This document shows, piece after piece, positions 53,363 through 61,927 of a stretch of DNA of 64,000 nucleotides. The stretch is from NCBI GenBank assembly GCA_964404855.1, contig CAYOLO010000001.1, positions 297,322-361,321 of the forward strand, written 5' to 3'. This stretch comes from an uncultured Gammaproteobacteria bacterium. Lineage in GTDB: Bacteria > Patescibacteriota > Microgenomatia > CAYQLK01. Numbering within the stretch: the stretch's first letter is position 1; each line of letters opens with the position of its first letter. The notes beneath the pieces were generated by a model that did no database searches, was not told the origin of the DNA, and worked only from the letters and a program-made list of their open reading frames with translations. The position numbers and the translations under genes are program-made.

Positions 53363-54010
53363 ATTAAGATTTAGCCATCCCTAAAGGATGGCTATTTTTT
53401 TGTTTGCCCTCTAAAGTGCGTATTCAAATGCTTAGAATTACGCCTTGCGCCTTGAGAACACTCAAGGCTAAAAGGAGGGCTTTTTGTTTTTTGTAGCTGC
53501 GTTTTTGCTCAAAAGATAGTTACTCGCTAGAACTCGTCAAAATTCTGGTTCCACCAAATTTTTCCTTGTTCAAGCTACGTCCTGCGAATCAGGATACCTG
53601 ATTCTAATGCTCGCAGCCGTATTAAAATTTGACCATCCCTAAAGGATGGTCATTTTTTTTGTTATATTTTGCCCTCTAAAGTGCGTATTCAAGTGCTTTG
53701 AATTACGCCTTGCGCCTTGAGAACACTCAAGGCTAAAAGGAGAGCTTTTTCTTTATGTACACCATCTAAAATGCTCGCTCAATCGAGCTTGAGCTACGCT
53801 TTGCGCTTCAAGATTAAAAAATATTTTAATCCTCTCGTTGAGAAGGAAACCTAAAGCTAAAAAGATGGTCATTTTTTTGGTTGTTTTCTGATTAAGGATA
53901 GTTACTCGCCAAAATTCCTCCAAAAACTGTCTCCGTCATTTTTGTCATCAGTTTTGGCTACGTCCTGCGTTTTGGGAAACCCAAAACTTAAAAGGAGGGC
54001 TTTTTGTTTG
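53363..54010. repeat. mosaic cluster of REP-like palindromes, including a ~140-bp duplication that starts in the 5S 3' end
   Basis: 53351-53487 recurs at about 53609-53750; repeated CTCGC-stem-GCTACG and TGCG-stem-CTAAAA modules. Confidence 0.85.
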
Positions 54011-54047
54011 TTTGCGACCTTCGATGAGGTTTTTTTTTATTGTGTGT

Positions 54048-54200
54048 CGAGTTACTAAGACGAATCTTGAACACTTTATACCACTTCGCGAGTCAATCGA
54101 CAAATACTGGGATAGAAGTAAGTTCAATTACGCCGTTTTTAGCCAGGCAATCCTAGAAACTAACAACCAATTTCAGTATAATGGAATGTACCGATACTAA
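54048..54200 (+). pseudogene. orphan C-terminal 50 codons of the serine recombinase, displaced by integration
   Basis: in frame with the recombinase when attL and attR are rejoined (NG-RVTKTNLEHF...MYRY*). Confidence 0.6.
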
Positions 54201-54247
54201 GGGAAATATCGAAAGTGCGCCACCTGGCGCAAAATAATAAAGATACT

Positions 54248-54469
54248 ATGAACGCAACAAACGACACGCAAAAACCTACACCTGAAAGCACGAACCCTAT
54301 TAAGCAGGTTGTTGATGTGATGAAAAAGGTCGATACCTCTAGCCCAGAGGCAAAGCAGAACGAAGTAAGCATTACCGACAAAAACGGCAAGCGTATAAAA
54401 CTAGACGACGAAGAAGTGAGATTTAATTATTTTAAGGGAACTTTTGAACGAAAAAGCGGCAAAAAATAG
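54248..54469 (+). CDS. hypothetical protein (element cargo)
   Basis: short hydrophilic ORF. Confidence 0.55.
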   Translation: MNATNDTQKPTPESTNPIKQVVDVMKKVDTSSPEAKQNEVSITDKNGKRIKLDDEEVRFNYFKGTFERKSGKK

Positions 54470-54503
54470 TCTATCTTATTAAGCAAGTCCATGTTGAACA
54501 TAT

Positions 54504-55118
54504 ATGTATGCTATTAACGATAACGAATTTATCGAAAAACACGTAACCGATGCACTCTACAAAAAGATAATCGGTGAACTTCGCACGAATCTCGACGGTA
54601 CAAAGAAAAAAGATAAGGGCAGGAAACGAGAACTAACCCGCGAAATACTACGCCAATATCTTTTTAACCTGTCTCTGACTGGCGAGTACGAATTCTCGGC
54701 TGAATCCGCAGGTTTGCCAGAAAAAAGAAGGCAAAAATACATGACTGAATCAGAGTCATTTCGTGGGGTATCTAGCCTGGCGAAGAATAATGTGTCGCTA
54801 CGGTCAAGAATAGCGGTTGCCCAGGCCATAATGGGACGTAGGCCGAGCTACTATAAACTTACTCACCCAATTACGAACCAGCCTACCTACATAGAGTTAA
54901 AAGAAACTCTGCCGAACGTTAATGCGGCTATGTGGTGGCTGGAAAAAGTAGATAAAATTGGCGCAGTGAAAGAAGACGACGACCCATACAAAAATCCCAA
55001 ACTGGGCGCACCACGAAACGAGCATGAAGCTGAATTGTTAGAAGGACTTTTGAAGAGTCACACGGATTACGAGATAGAAAAGTGGCAAAAAGCGCGACAG
55101 GCGCAACAACAAAAATAA
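54504..55118 (+). CDS. phage terminase small subunit-like / HTH protein
   Basis: GRKRELTREI..SAESAGL..F...AK...AAMWWLEK pattern resembles TerS-like proteins. Confidence 0.55.
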   Translation: MYAINDNEFIEKHVTDALYKKIIGELRTNLDGTKKKDKGRKRELTREILRQYLFNLSLTGEYEFSAESAGLPEKRRQKYMTESESFRGVSSLAKNNVSLRSRIAVAQAIMGRRPSYYKLTHPITNQPTYIELKETLPNVNAAMWWLEKVDKIGAVKEDDDPYKNPKLGAPRNEHEAELLEGLLKSHTDYEIEKWQKARQAQQQK

Positions 55119-55175
55119 AGCAACAATTGGGCCATAGGTCTTGATAATCTTAGATGGGTTTGGTATATTGATTTT

Positions 55176-55191
55176 GTTAACTCTAGTTAAC
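55176..55191 (+). promoter_or_regulatory. palindromic operator upstream of the HTH-HEPN gene
   Basis: GTTAAC-TCTA-GTTAAC just downstream of TTGATA-17-TATATT promoter (55141-55169). Confidence 0.5.
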
Positions 55192-55196
55192 TTAAT

Positions 55197-56321
55197 ATGA
55201 CCGACAAAGCCACTTTCAATAAAAACATCTACAAAACTACAGGCGACTTGTTAAGTGTAAAAGAAGCCGCTGATTTACTTGGTACTCACCCGAATACAAT
55301 TCGTAGATGGGCAAAGGATGGGAAAATTAAGTCCACCCGTGTGGGTGCGAGAAAAGACAGGAAATTTAATAAAGATGAACTTCTTAAAGAAGCGTTGAAT
55401 GTCAAAGTCGTGGATGGTAAGCAGGAAGCCTACGAAAAATACTACGATTATCTGAAATCTTTATTCAAAAGAACGATTGAAAAGAACCCCGTAGAGTCCT
55501 TGTATAACACCCTTCAAGTTTCTGGTATGCACTATGGACACTGGGACCCGACTTACGAAATTTACGACTTTTTCGATGACTTTAATAAATTACTCGCCGA
55601 GGAAAGCAAAAAAGACCCATCTTCGAAACGTGTCTACCGCATTGGCCTTTTGATGTATGGCCATGCAATAGAGATGGCTCTACCGTGGAACTTACTTGCC
55701 AACGCTCTGAATATATTGAATGGTCGCCCATATAACGTTAGTCCATTCTTAGACCTTATGAGAAGAAAAAAGGGCTCGTTGTACTCGATACCACCATCCA
55801 CAAAACAAAAGATGGTTAGGGTCAAAGAACTCGCTAGAGAAGCTAAAGAAGAAAAGCTAGTAGAGATTATCGACGAATTTTTCAGTGACGCCGTTCGAAA
55901 TAGTTTTTACCATTCCGACTACTGCCTGACCGATACAGAGTTTCGCTTTTCCGATGGCGGAATCGCTTCTTCAAAGCATTTAGAGGAAATTGACCATCTA
56001 ATAAGTCGCTGTTTTGCTTTTTACGAGGCTTTGCTTAACGCTCATTCGTGGACAAGGGCATTTTATAAAGCCGTAAAGCCCTACCACAAATGGCCAAACT
56101 ACGAGGTATTCGAAATACTAAAGAACGATAAAGAAGTTTATGGCTTCAAGGTTCACTTTTCTAATGGCCAGGTAGCAAAGTTCACGCGCGAACCTGAAAA
56201 GGTAGAGGCCATAAATCTACACTTTGACCATGATGGCAGTATCAACTTTTTTGCGGGCAACCTGGACAAACTAACTAAACAGTGGCTTTTAGACGGCAAG
56301 CCGTTTACAGAGAAACAATAA
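55197..56321 (+). CDS. excisionase-type HTH fused to putative HEPN RNase domain
   Basis: LLSVKEAADLLGTHPNTIRRWAKDGKI (HTH_17-like); RNSFYH RxxxxH motif in helical region. Confidence 0.75.
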   Translation: MTDKATFNKNIYKTTGDLLSVKEAADLLGTHPNTIRRWAKDGKIKSTRVGARKDRKFNKDELLKEALNVKVVDGKQEAYEKYYDYLKSLFKRTIEKNPVESLYNTLQVSGMHYGHWDPTYEIYDFFDDFNKLLAEESKKDPSSKRVYRIGLLMYGHAIEMALPWNLLANALNILNGRPYNVSPFLDLMRRKKGSLYSIPPSTKQKMVRVKELAREAKEEKLVEIIDEFFSDAVRNSFYHSDYCLTDTEFRFSDGGIASSKHLEEIDHLISRCFAFYEALLNAHSWTRAFYKAVKPYHKWPNYEVFEILKNDKEVYGFKVHFSNGQVAKFTREPEKVEAINLHFDHDGSINFFAGNLDKLTKQWLLDGKPFTEKQ

Positions 56322-56326
56322 CATCT

Positions 56327-57214
56327 ATGAGAAACAGAATTAAGTATTCCCAAAATTTCCTTAAAAGCAGTGATTTAATCGAAAGCCTTTTAGAAAAATC
56401 TTCTATTAGCGCGGACGACGTAGTCATAGAAATAGGTGCAGGTGAAGGCATTATTACCCAAGAACTCGCAAAAAAAGCTAAAAAGGTTATCGCTTTTGAA
56501 ATAGATAATAACTTATCCCAAAAACTTAAAGCCAGGTTCCTAGATAAAGGCCTCGTAGAAATTATTAGTCAAGATTTTCTTCAATTTGAACTACCCAAAA
56601 ATGATTACAAAGTGTTTTCAAACATCCCCTTTAATCTTACGGCCAATATAATCAAGAAGCTCGCCTATGCAAACATTCCACCCATAGATAGCTATTTAAT
56701 TATTCAAAAAGAAGCCGCCCAAAAGTTTGCAGGAAAGCCACTTTCGGCCAACAATAGCCTTGTTTCAGTTTTAATTCAGAGTCATTTTGAAGTTTCCATC
56801 TTCCACCAATTTAGAAAAGATGACTTCTTCCCCAGACCAATGGTGGATACTGTAATGATTAGGTTTCAAAAACTGGATGTAGCGAAAATAAAAGCTAATG
56901 AAAAAGATTTATTTTATGACTTTGTTACATTTGGCTTTAACCAGTTCGAGCCAAACATATTTAAGGGCTTATCTAAGGTTATGAACACCAACGCCATAAA
57001 TGAAGTTGCTAACACCAATCGTTTTTCCGTCACAGTTAAACCAAGTCAACTTAATACAAGCGATTGGGTAGCTTTATTTGAAAAGTTCAACTTAGTAGGC
57101 AACAAATCTAAAGTCTTGGGAAATTACAAACGGTTGTTAGGGCAACAAAGTACGTTAGAAAAAGTAAACCGAACCAGGCTAGATAAAAACTGGAAAAATA
57201 GTGCTTCTAACTAG
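56327..57214 (+). CDS. erm: Erm-like 23S rRNA adenine N6-methyltransferase
   Basis: YSQNFL, EIGAGEG, FEID, FSNIPFNLT and FFPRPMVDT motifs, closer to Erm than KsgA. Confidence 0.8.
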   Translation: MRNRIKYSQNFLKSSDLIESLLEKSSISADDVVIEIGAGEGIITQELAKKAKKVIAFEIDNNLSQKLKARFLDKGLVEIISQDFLQFELPKNDYKVFSNIPFNLTANIIKKLAYANIPPIDSYLIIQKEAAQKFAGKPLSANNSLVSVLIQSHFEVSIFHQFRKDDFFPRPMVDTVMIRFQKLDVAKIKANEKDLFYDFVTFGFNQFEPNIFKGLSKVMNTNAINEVANTNRFSVTVKPSQLNTSDWVALFEKFNLVGNKSKVLGNYKRLLGQQSTLEKVNRTRLDKNWKNSASN

Positions 57215-57223
57215 AGTAAAACT

Positions 57224-58834
57224 ATGTATGACGAAGAAAACCAAGTCGATATTAAATCGCTAAAATATGTTCTATACGCTCGTAAATCAACCGACGACCC
57301 ACAAAGGCAGTTGCGTTCAATCCCTGACCAAATAGACGAATGTAAAAAGCTAGCCGAACGACTTGAACTAAACGTAGTCGAAGTTTTAGAAGAAAAGAAA
57401 TCAGCAAAAATACCCAGACGAAGACCAGTCTTTGATTCGATGATGGAAGCAATCGGCAAGGGTCAATACGACGCGATACTGGCCTGGCATCCCGACAGAT
57501 TAGCTCGTAACGCCCTTGAAGCTGGCGTCCTAATCGAAATGGTGGACGAAGGAATAATTCAGGACTTAAAATTCGTTACCCACCACTTTAGCCCAGACGC
57601 TAATGGCAAAATGCTTCTGGGAATGGCCTTTGTACTGTCTAAGCAATACAGCGATAAACTTTCCCAGGATGTTACCAGGGGCGTTAGAAGACGCCATAGA
57701 GAAGGTATAACACCTGCCTTTAAGCATGGTTACCTTCGAGACGAAAATGGTATCTATAGACCCGATGGTGAAAAGTTCGACTTAATAAAACAAGGCTGGA
57801 TTATGCGCGCCGATGGAGAATCCTTAGAGGACATCGCGAAATATCTTAATGATAATAATTACTTCCGACTTATTATCGGTGAGAAAAGTAAAAACTATCT
57901 GGGGAAGCAGTACATGACTACCCAGAAGTTAAGTAACATATTCAAAGACCCTTTTTACTTTGGTTTGTTGGTGCAAGTAAAGCAAGAAGTAGATTTATGC
58001 GAAATGCACGAGGATTTCGTGGCAATGGTAAGCCGAGATTTATACGATAAGGTACAAGCGTTGACATTAAATCGGCCAAATCCCTATAAAACCAAGCACC
58101 CAAACTTTTATCCCTTAAAACAAATGATTGATTGCGCCTATTGCGGGGGCAACATGGTCGTAGGCCCGTCTAGTGGTCGTAAAGAAAACTATTTGTATTA
58201 CCGATGCGATACCGCTTCTTGCGCTAGAAATACGCTTGAAAACAAATCTAAACGCCCAAGCGACCCTACAAAAATTAAGGTGTCAATTCGAGCAAAGATA
58301 ATCTTTGACTTTATTTACGACTTCTTGAAGGACGGCCTCGGTTTAACAGAAAAGGAATACAAAGAATACTATCAAGGACTTAAAGCCCTGGGTGATAACG
58401 AGCTTCAAAAGATACGAGCGCAGATAGCAAGCTATCAAGGACAGCGACGCCATTTACAGTCCGAGGTTAGAAGAATTGCCCTTAGCTTGCCAAGAATCAG
58501 AGATGACGAGACGGTTTACCAAATCAATAAAGAAGAACTTGAAAAGGATAAACGCGACCTTAGCCAAGTGGAGACTAATATCGAAAAGTTAAAGGCGAAA
58601 CTTGTTGATAAAGACGATGACGAACTGTCCCTAGAAGAATTCTTGAACATATCAAAAAATGCAGGTAAGAAGGTCAAAGCTGGCGATGCAATCGTAAAAG
58701 ATACAATTTGCCGAATAATCTTCTTGAACATAGCCGTCGACAACGAAAAAGTGACGTCGTATCGGCTAAAAGAACCCTTCGCTACCCTGCTAAAAAGCAG
58801 GTCTTCCCAAAATGGTCGGGGTGGTCGGATTTGA
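57224..58834 (+). CDS. large serine recombinase (integrase)
   Basis: YARKS catalytic Ser, DRLARN, recombinase domain, CxxC zinc ribbon, coiled coil; 3' end overlaps tRNA-Pro. Confidence 0.95.
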   Translation: MYDEENQVDIKSLKYVLYARKSTDDPQRQLRSIPDQIDECKKLAERLELNVVEVLEEKKSAKIPRRRPVFDSMMEAIGKGQYDAILAWHPDRLARNALEAGVLIEMVDEGIIQDLKFVTHHFSPDANGKMLLGMAFVLSKQYSDKLSQDVTRGVRRRHREGITPAFKHGYLRDENGIYRPDGEKFDLIKQGWIMRADGESLEDIAKYLNDNNYFRLIIGEKSKNYLGKQYMTTQKLSNIFKDPFYFGLLVQVKQEVDLCEMHEDFVAMVSRDLYDKVQALTLNRPNPYKTKHPNFYPLKQMIDCAYCGGNMVVGPSSGRKENYLYYRCDTASCARNTLENKSKRPSDPTKIKVSIRAKIIFDFIYDFLKDGLGLTEKEYKEYYQGLKALGDNELQKIRAQIASYQGQRRHLQSEVRRIALSLPRIRDDETVYQINKEELEKDKRDLSQVETNIEKLKAKLVDKDDDELSLEEFLNISKNAGKKVKAGDAIVKDTICRIIFLNIAVDNEKVTSYRLKEPFATLLKSRSSQNGRGGRI

Positions 58835-58888
58835 ACCGACGGCCTCGCCGTCCCGAACGACGCGCTCTACCAGCTGAGCTACACCCCG
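58813..58888 (-). tRNA. tRNA-Pro(CGG)
   Basis: reverse complement CGGGGTGTAGCTCAG...TTCGGGA...CACCCCGACCA. Confidence 0.95.
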
Positions 58889-59348
58889 TCGTCGAAATGA
58901 GCTACATCGTTGCGAATTGAGACGACATTCAATTATATGTCTCAATTCTTACATTTTTCGCTATTTCTCCTCTCCCCATTTTGTAAACAAAACGGGGGCC
59001 CCGTTTTTTAAGGAGACACCAAGGTTTCCCTTCAAAAAACTCTGGGCATAGCCCAGTTTTGTAAACAAAAACGTTTTCTCTTCCTTTCCTGTAAAACAAA
59101 AGCCAAAAGAATAAGAGAGCTTGACCATAATTTTGTTTGAAACAGGAAACAGGGGGTATTGTGACCATTTTGAGGCTAAAAATCAACCGTTTTTATACAC
59201 ATGGCCTGTAATAATTGTGGATTAATCGTATTTTACTATCCCATAGTAAGTTGTTATCGATATAAAGTAAAATTTAAGGTAAAATATTGAGGCTGAAACG
59301 GCATATTTAATCGAAAATCGGCTGTTTGTGATTTTGAGTGGTAGCTTT

Positions 59349-59367
59349 GCCCTTGTAGCTCAGTGGA
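59349..59367 (+). repeat. exact duplicate of the first 19 nt of tRNA-Arg(CCT)
   Basis: GCCCTTGTAGCTCAGTGGA at 59349 and 59432. Confidence 0.85.
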
Positions 59368-59431
59368 GAAGCTTTTAGGAATCTTTTCCACTTCGTACAA
59401 TTTCTTGATTTATTGAGAAATTTTAAATCAA

Positions 59432-59504
59432 GCCCTTGTAGCTCAGTGGATAGAGCGCGCCCGTCCTAAGGGTGGTGTCGGGAGTTCGATTCTCTCCAAG
59501 GGCA
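59432..59504 (+). tRNA. tRNA-Arg(CCT)
   Basis: cloverleaf; CGCCC-GTCCTAA-GGGTG anticodon arm. Confidence 0.92.
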
Positions 59505-59629
59505 CACATAATTATGTGAAGGGACACCAAGGTTTCCCTTCAGAAAGCTCTGAACTTTGCTTCGGTTTTGTAAGAAACAAAAACGCTTTCTCTTCCTTTC
59601 CTATTAGAAGGGATAGATAATGTATTTAT

Positions 59630-60391
59630 ATGACAGGGAAAACTAAGAGAAGAAAAGATTATTTTGTGACTGTATGGGTGAGAACTTTGGGCAATTTTTT
59701 GATTTTGGGATCGGTTATTACGCTTGCCATTACATTTTGGCCAATATTATCAGCCGAGGTTAAGTACCGATTTGATGACGTTTTAGGAGTAAGGTTCGGG
59801 GTTAGTGATAATAGTACTGTCGAGGTTGAGGTTCAGAATGAAGATGAGATAAATCCAACGTCCGAGGTGGGCTTTGGTGATTTGATTGATGATGAGTCTG
59901 GTACGACATTTTCTGCAATTGTGCCTAAATCGACAAAGTTTGGAGTTGTGGTTGAAAAAATTGGTGCCAATTCAACGATTATTCCTAATATTGACCCCTC
60001 TAGTAGAACAGAGTACGAAAAAGCACTTAAGCAAGGTATAGCTCACGCAAAGGGTAGCGTATATCCTGGTCAAAAAGGTGTTTCTTTTCTTTTCTCCCAC
60101 TCGACTCAGAATGTCTGGGATGTGCCTAGATATAATGCTGTTTTTTATTTATTACGAGAGTTGGAGGTTGGTGACAGGATAATTACTTATTTTAATGATG
60201 TCAGGTACGATTATATAGTTGACGACAAGGTGGTAGTTGATGCTAACGACACTAGTTACTACAACCTTGATACTCAAGAGCCGTTACTTATTATGCAAAC
60301 CTGTGATCCGCCAGGTACGACCTGGAAAAGGCTTTTGGTTATTGCAAAGCTTGCTAATCCTGACGGAGCAAGGGTGCCTGAGAGGCTGTAA
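59630..60391 (+). CDS. sortase
   Basis: N-terminal TM; GIAHAKGS, FSHS, VFYLL and QTCDPPGTTWKRL give the His/Cys/Arg triad. Confidence 0.92.
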   Translation: MTGKTKRRKDYFVTVWVRTLGNFLILGSVITLAITFWPILSAEVKYRFDDVLGVRFGVSDNSTVEVEVQNEDEINPTSEVGFGDLIDDESGTTFSAIVPKSTKFGVVVEKIGANSTIIPNIDPSSRTEYEKALKQGIAHAKGSVYPGQKGVSFLFSHSTQNVWDVPRYNAVFYLLRELEVGDRIITYFNDVRYDYIVDDKVVVDANDTSYYNLDTQEPLLIMQTCDPPGTTWKRLLVIAKLANPDGARVPERL

Positions 60392-60463
60392 GCTATAAGA
60401 AGTTGTGTTTGATGATATAATTTGGTCGTATAAAAGCATTGTAGCTGCCCAGAAAGAGGCAAA

Positions 60464-61141
60464 ATGTCGGAAAAATTAAGTTGTTCGCCACAAGTTTTAT
60501 CAGAAAAAAATATAAATAGAGTTCCGTGGAGGGTGCGTGCGTTTGCTGCGACCAGCTTGGTATTTGCCGGAGGTGCAGCGGTGAATTGCGGGGGCGGAGA
60601 GGGAGATAAGGAAGCGGTACTTGGTGCCGAGGTTACGGAAGTGCCATCACTAACTGCAACCGTTGAGATAACAAAATCTCCAACACAAAAAATTGAGGCG
60701 AGTCCCACCACGGTTCCTACAAAGGAGGCGGTTGATCCGATTACAGAGTCTTCTGCGATAAAAGCAGGTTTGGCGGAAGTTTATCAAGGGAAGATTGTGC
60801 CCCAGGGTTCCTGCTCGGTCGAAACAATAAACACTTTTATAGACCAGATGTTTGAGATTTATCAGAAAAATCCGAATAAATTTACTTTGACTGGGCAGAT
60901 TGCTACGGTTTATGCAGAACTAATCGTTATTGCAGACCATGGTAATGCTGCGGCCGGCGATTTGGCAAAAAGTTTACGGGCAGGTGTAGAAGTGTTGATT
61001 GAACAGCACCTGAAGGAACGGAACTTACCGGCATCGAATAAGGCTGAGGGTTTGGCTGCGTGGGAGCAGAATGTGGCTCGCAAGGTCGATGCTATCAAAG
61101 ACGGATCGGGTTGCGACATCGTTATTGAGAAAGCAAAGTAA
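60464..61141 (+). CDS. hypothetical lipoprotein-like protein
   Basis: hydrophobic segment ending NCGGG, PT-rich linker, helical domain. Confidence 0.7.
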   Translation: MSEKLSCSPQVLSEKNINRVPWRVRAFAATSLVFAGGAAVNCGGGEGDKEAVLGAEVTEVPSLTATVEITKSPTQKIEASPTTVPTKEAVDPITESSAIKAGLAEVYQGKIVPQGSCSVETINTFIDQMFEIYQKNPNKFTLTGQIATVYAELIVIADHGNAAAGDLAKSLRAGVEVLIEQHLKERNLPASNKAEGLAAWEQNVARKVDAIKDGSGCDIVIEKAK

Positions 61142-61186
61142 AAATCCATTGACTTGGGGGCCTTACTCGCAATAATATATTAGTAT

Positions 61187-61927
61187 ATGCGCATACTGCC
61201 CGGTTATGAGTTAAGAGGGGTGAGTGGTGCTTTGAGGTCCGAGTCCGGATCGGCAAAGCTGTACCTATTTGTCTCGGTGTTACTAGCTACTGTTTTGGTT
61301 GCGGTCGTTGCCGGACTTTGGCTGCGAGGAGGTTTCGGTCAGTCTGCGGGCACAACAGGAGTTGACGGACGGGATAATTTTGGTAGAACAGCAAATTTTC
61401 AGAAAAAAGAATTGGAGAGACAGAAAACATACTCTGGGTATGTGGCTTTATTCGAGCAATTACTGTCTGATTACAAAGTATCTCCGTCGGATAAGGCAAA
61501 AACTTTTTTGGAAGAGATAGCCGGCAGTGCTAAAAAGGATTTCCCTGGCGAATACAAAAAATCTGATTTTATAGTTCCTTGTCTGAGTGAAGGATGTATC
61601 AGTGGTGCGGAAGATGAAAAAGTTCTGGAATTGATTGCCGCTATTAAAACAAGCTCAGCTGATGAGAGACTTAAGGAACTAGTCGTAAGTGATTTAATCG
61701 GTTTGGGAAGTTATGAGTTTGTCGAGGAGGCAAAAGCTATTGGTTATTACAATCAGGCATTCGTAGCGGCGGTTTCGGTTTTGGATATGGATAAGTCAAA
61801 TAGTCGGTTGGCCGAGTCGATCGTTGATTTTGAGGAGCTGATAGCTCAAAAGTTTCCCACAAAGTACAAATATTATAAAAATTTAGAAGTTTACAGGTTG
61901 ACCAATGAAAATGCGCAGTCTCAATAG
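61187..61927 (+). CDS. hypothetical membrane-anchored helical protein
   Basis: N-terminal TM; promoter TTGACT..TAATAT upstream. Confidence 0.7.
   Translation: MRILPGYELRGVSGALRSESGSAKLYLFVSVLLATVLVAVVAGLWLRGGFGQSAGTTGVDGRDNFGRTANFQKKELERQKTYSGYVALFEQLLSDYKVSPSDKAKTFLEEIAGSAKKDFPGEYKKSDFIVPCLSEGCISGAEDEKVLELIAAIKTSSADERLKELVVSDLIGLGSYEFVEEAKAIGYYNQAFVAAVSVLDMDKSNSRLAESIVDFEELIAQKFPTKYKYYKNLEVYRLTNENAQSQ

Larger units (their letters stand above)
54046..58816 (+). mobile_element. 4.77-kb integrative element at tRNA-Pro(CGG) with large serine recombinase
   Basis: shared GTCG at 54046 and 58815; reconstructed attP has GTCTT/AAGAC arms symmetric about GT; base composition differs from flanks; recombinase runs into tRNA. 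Confidence 0.8.
59013..59602. repeat. two copies of an ~80-bp repeat (59013-59090 and 59522-59602)
   Basis: GACACCAAGGTTTCCCTTCA...GTTTTGTAA...CAAAAACG..TTCTCTTCCTTTCCT present in both. Confidence 0.8.

Noticed and set aside
56327-57214. Housekeeping ksgA/rsmA
   Set aside because: SQNF and NIPF motifs and its position on a mobile element fit Erm better; not fully excluded without phylogeny.
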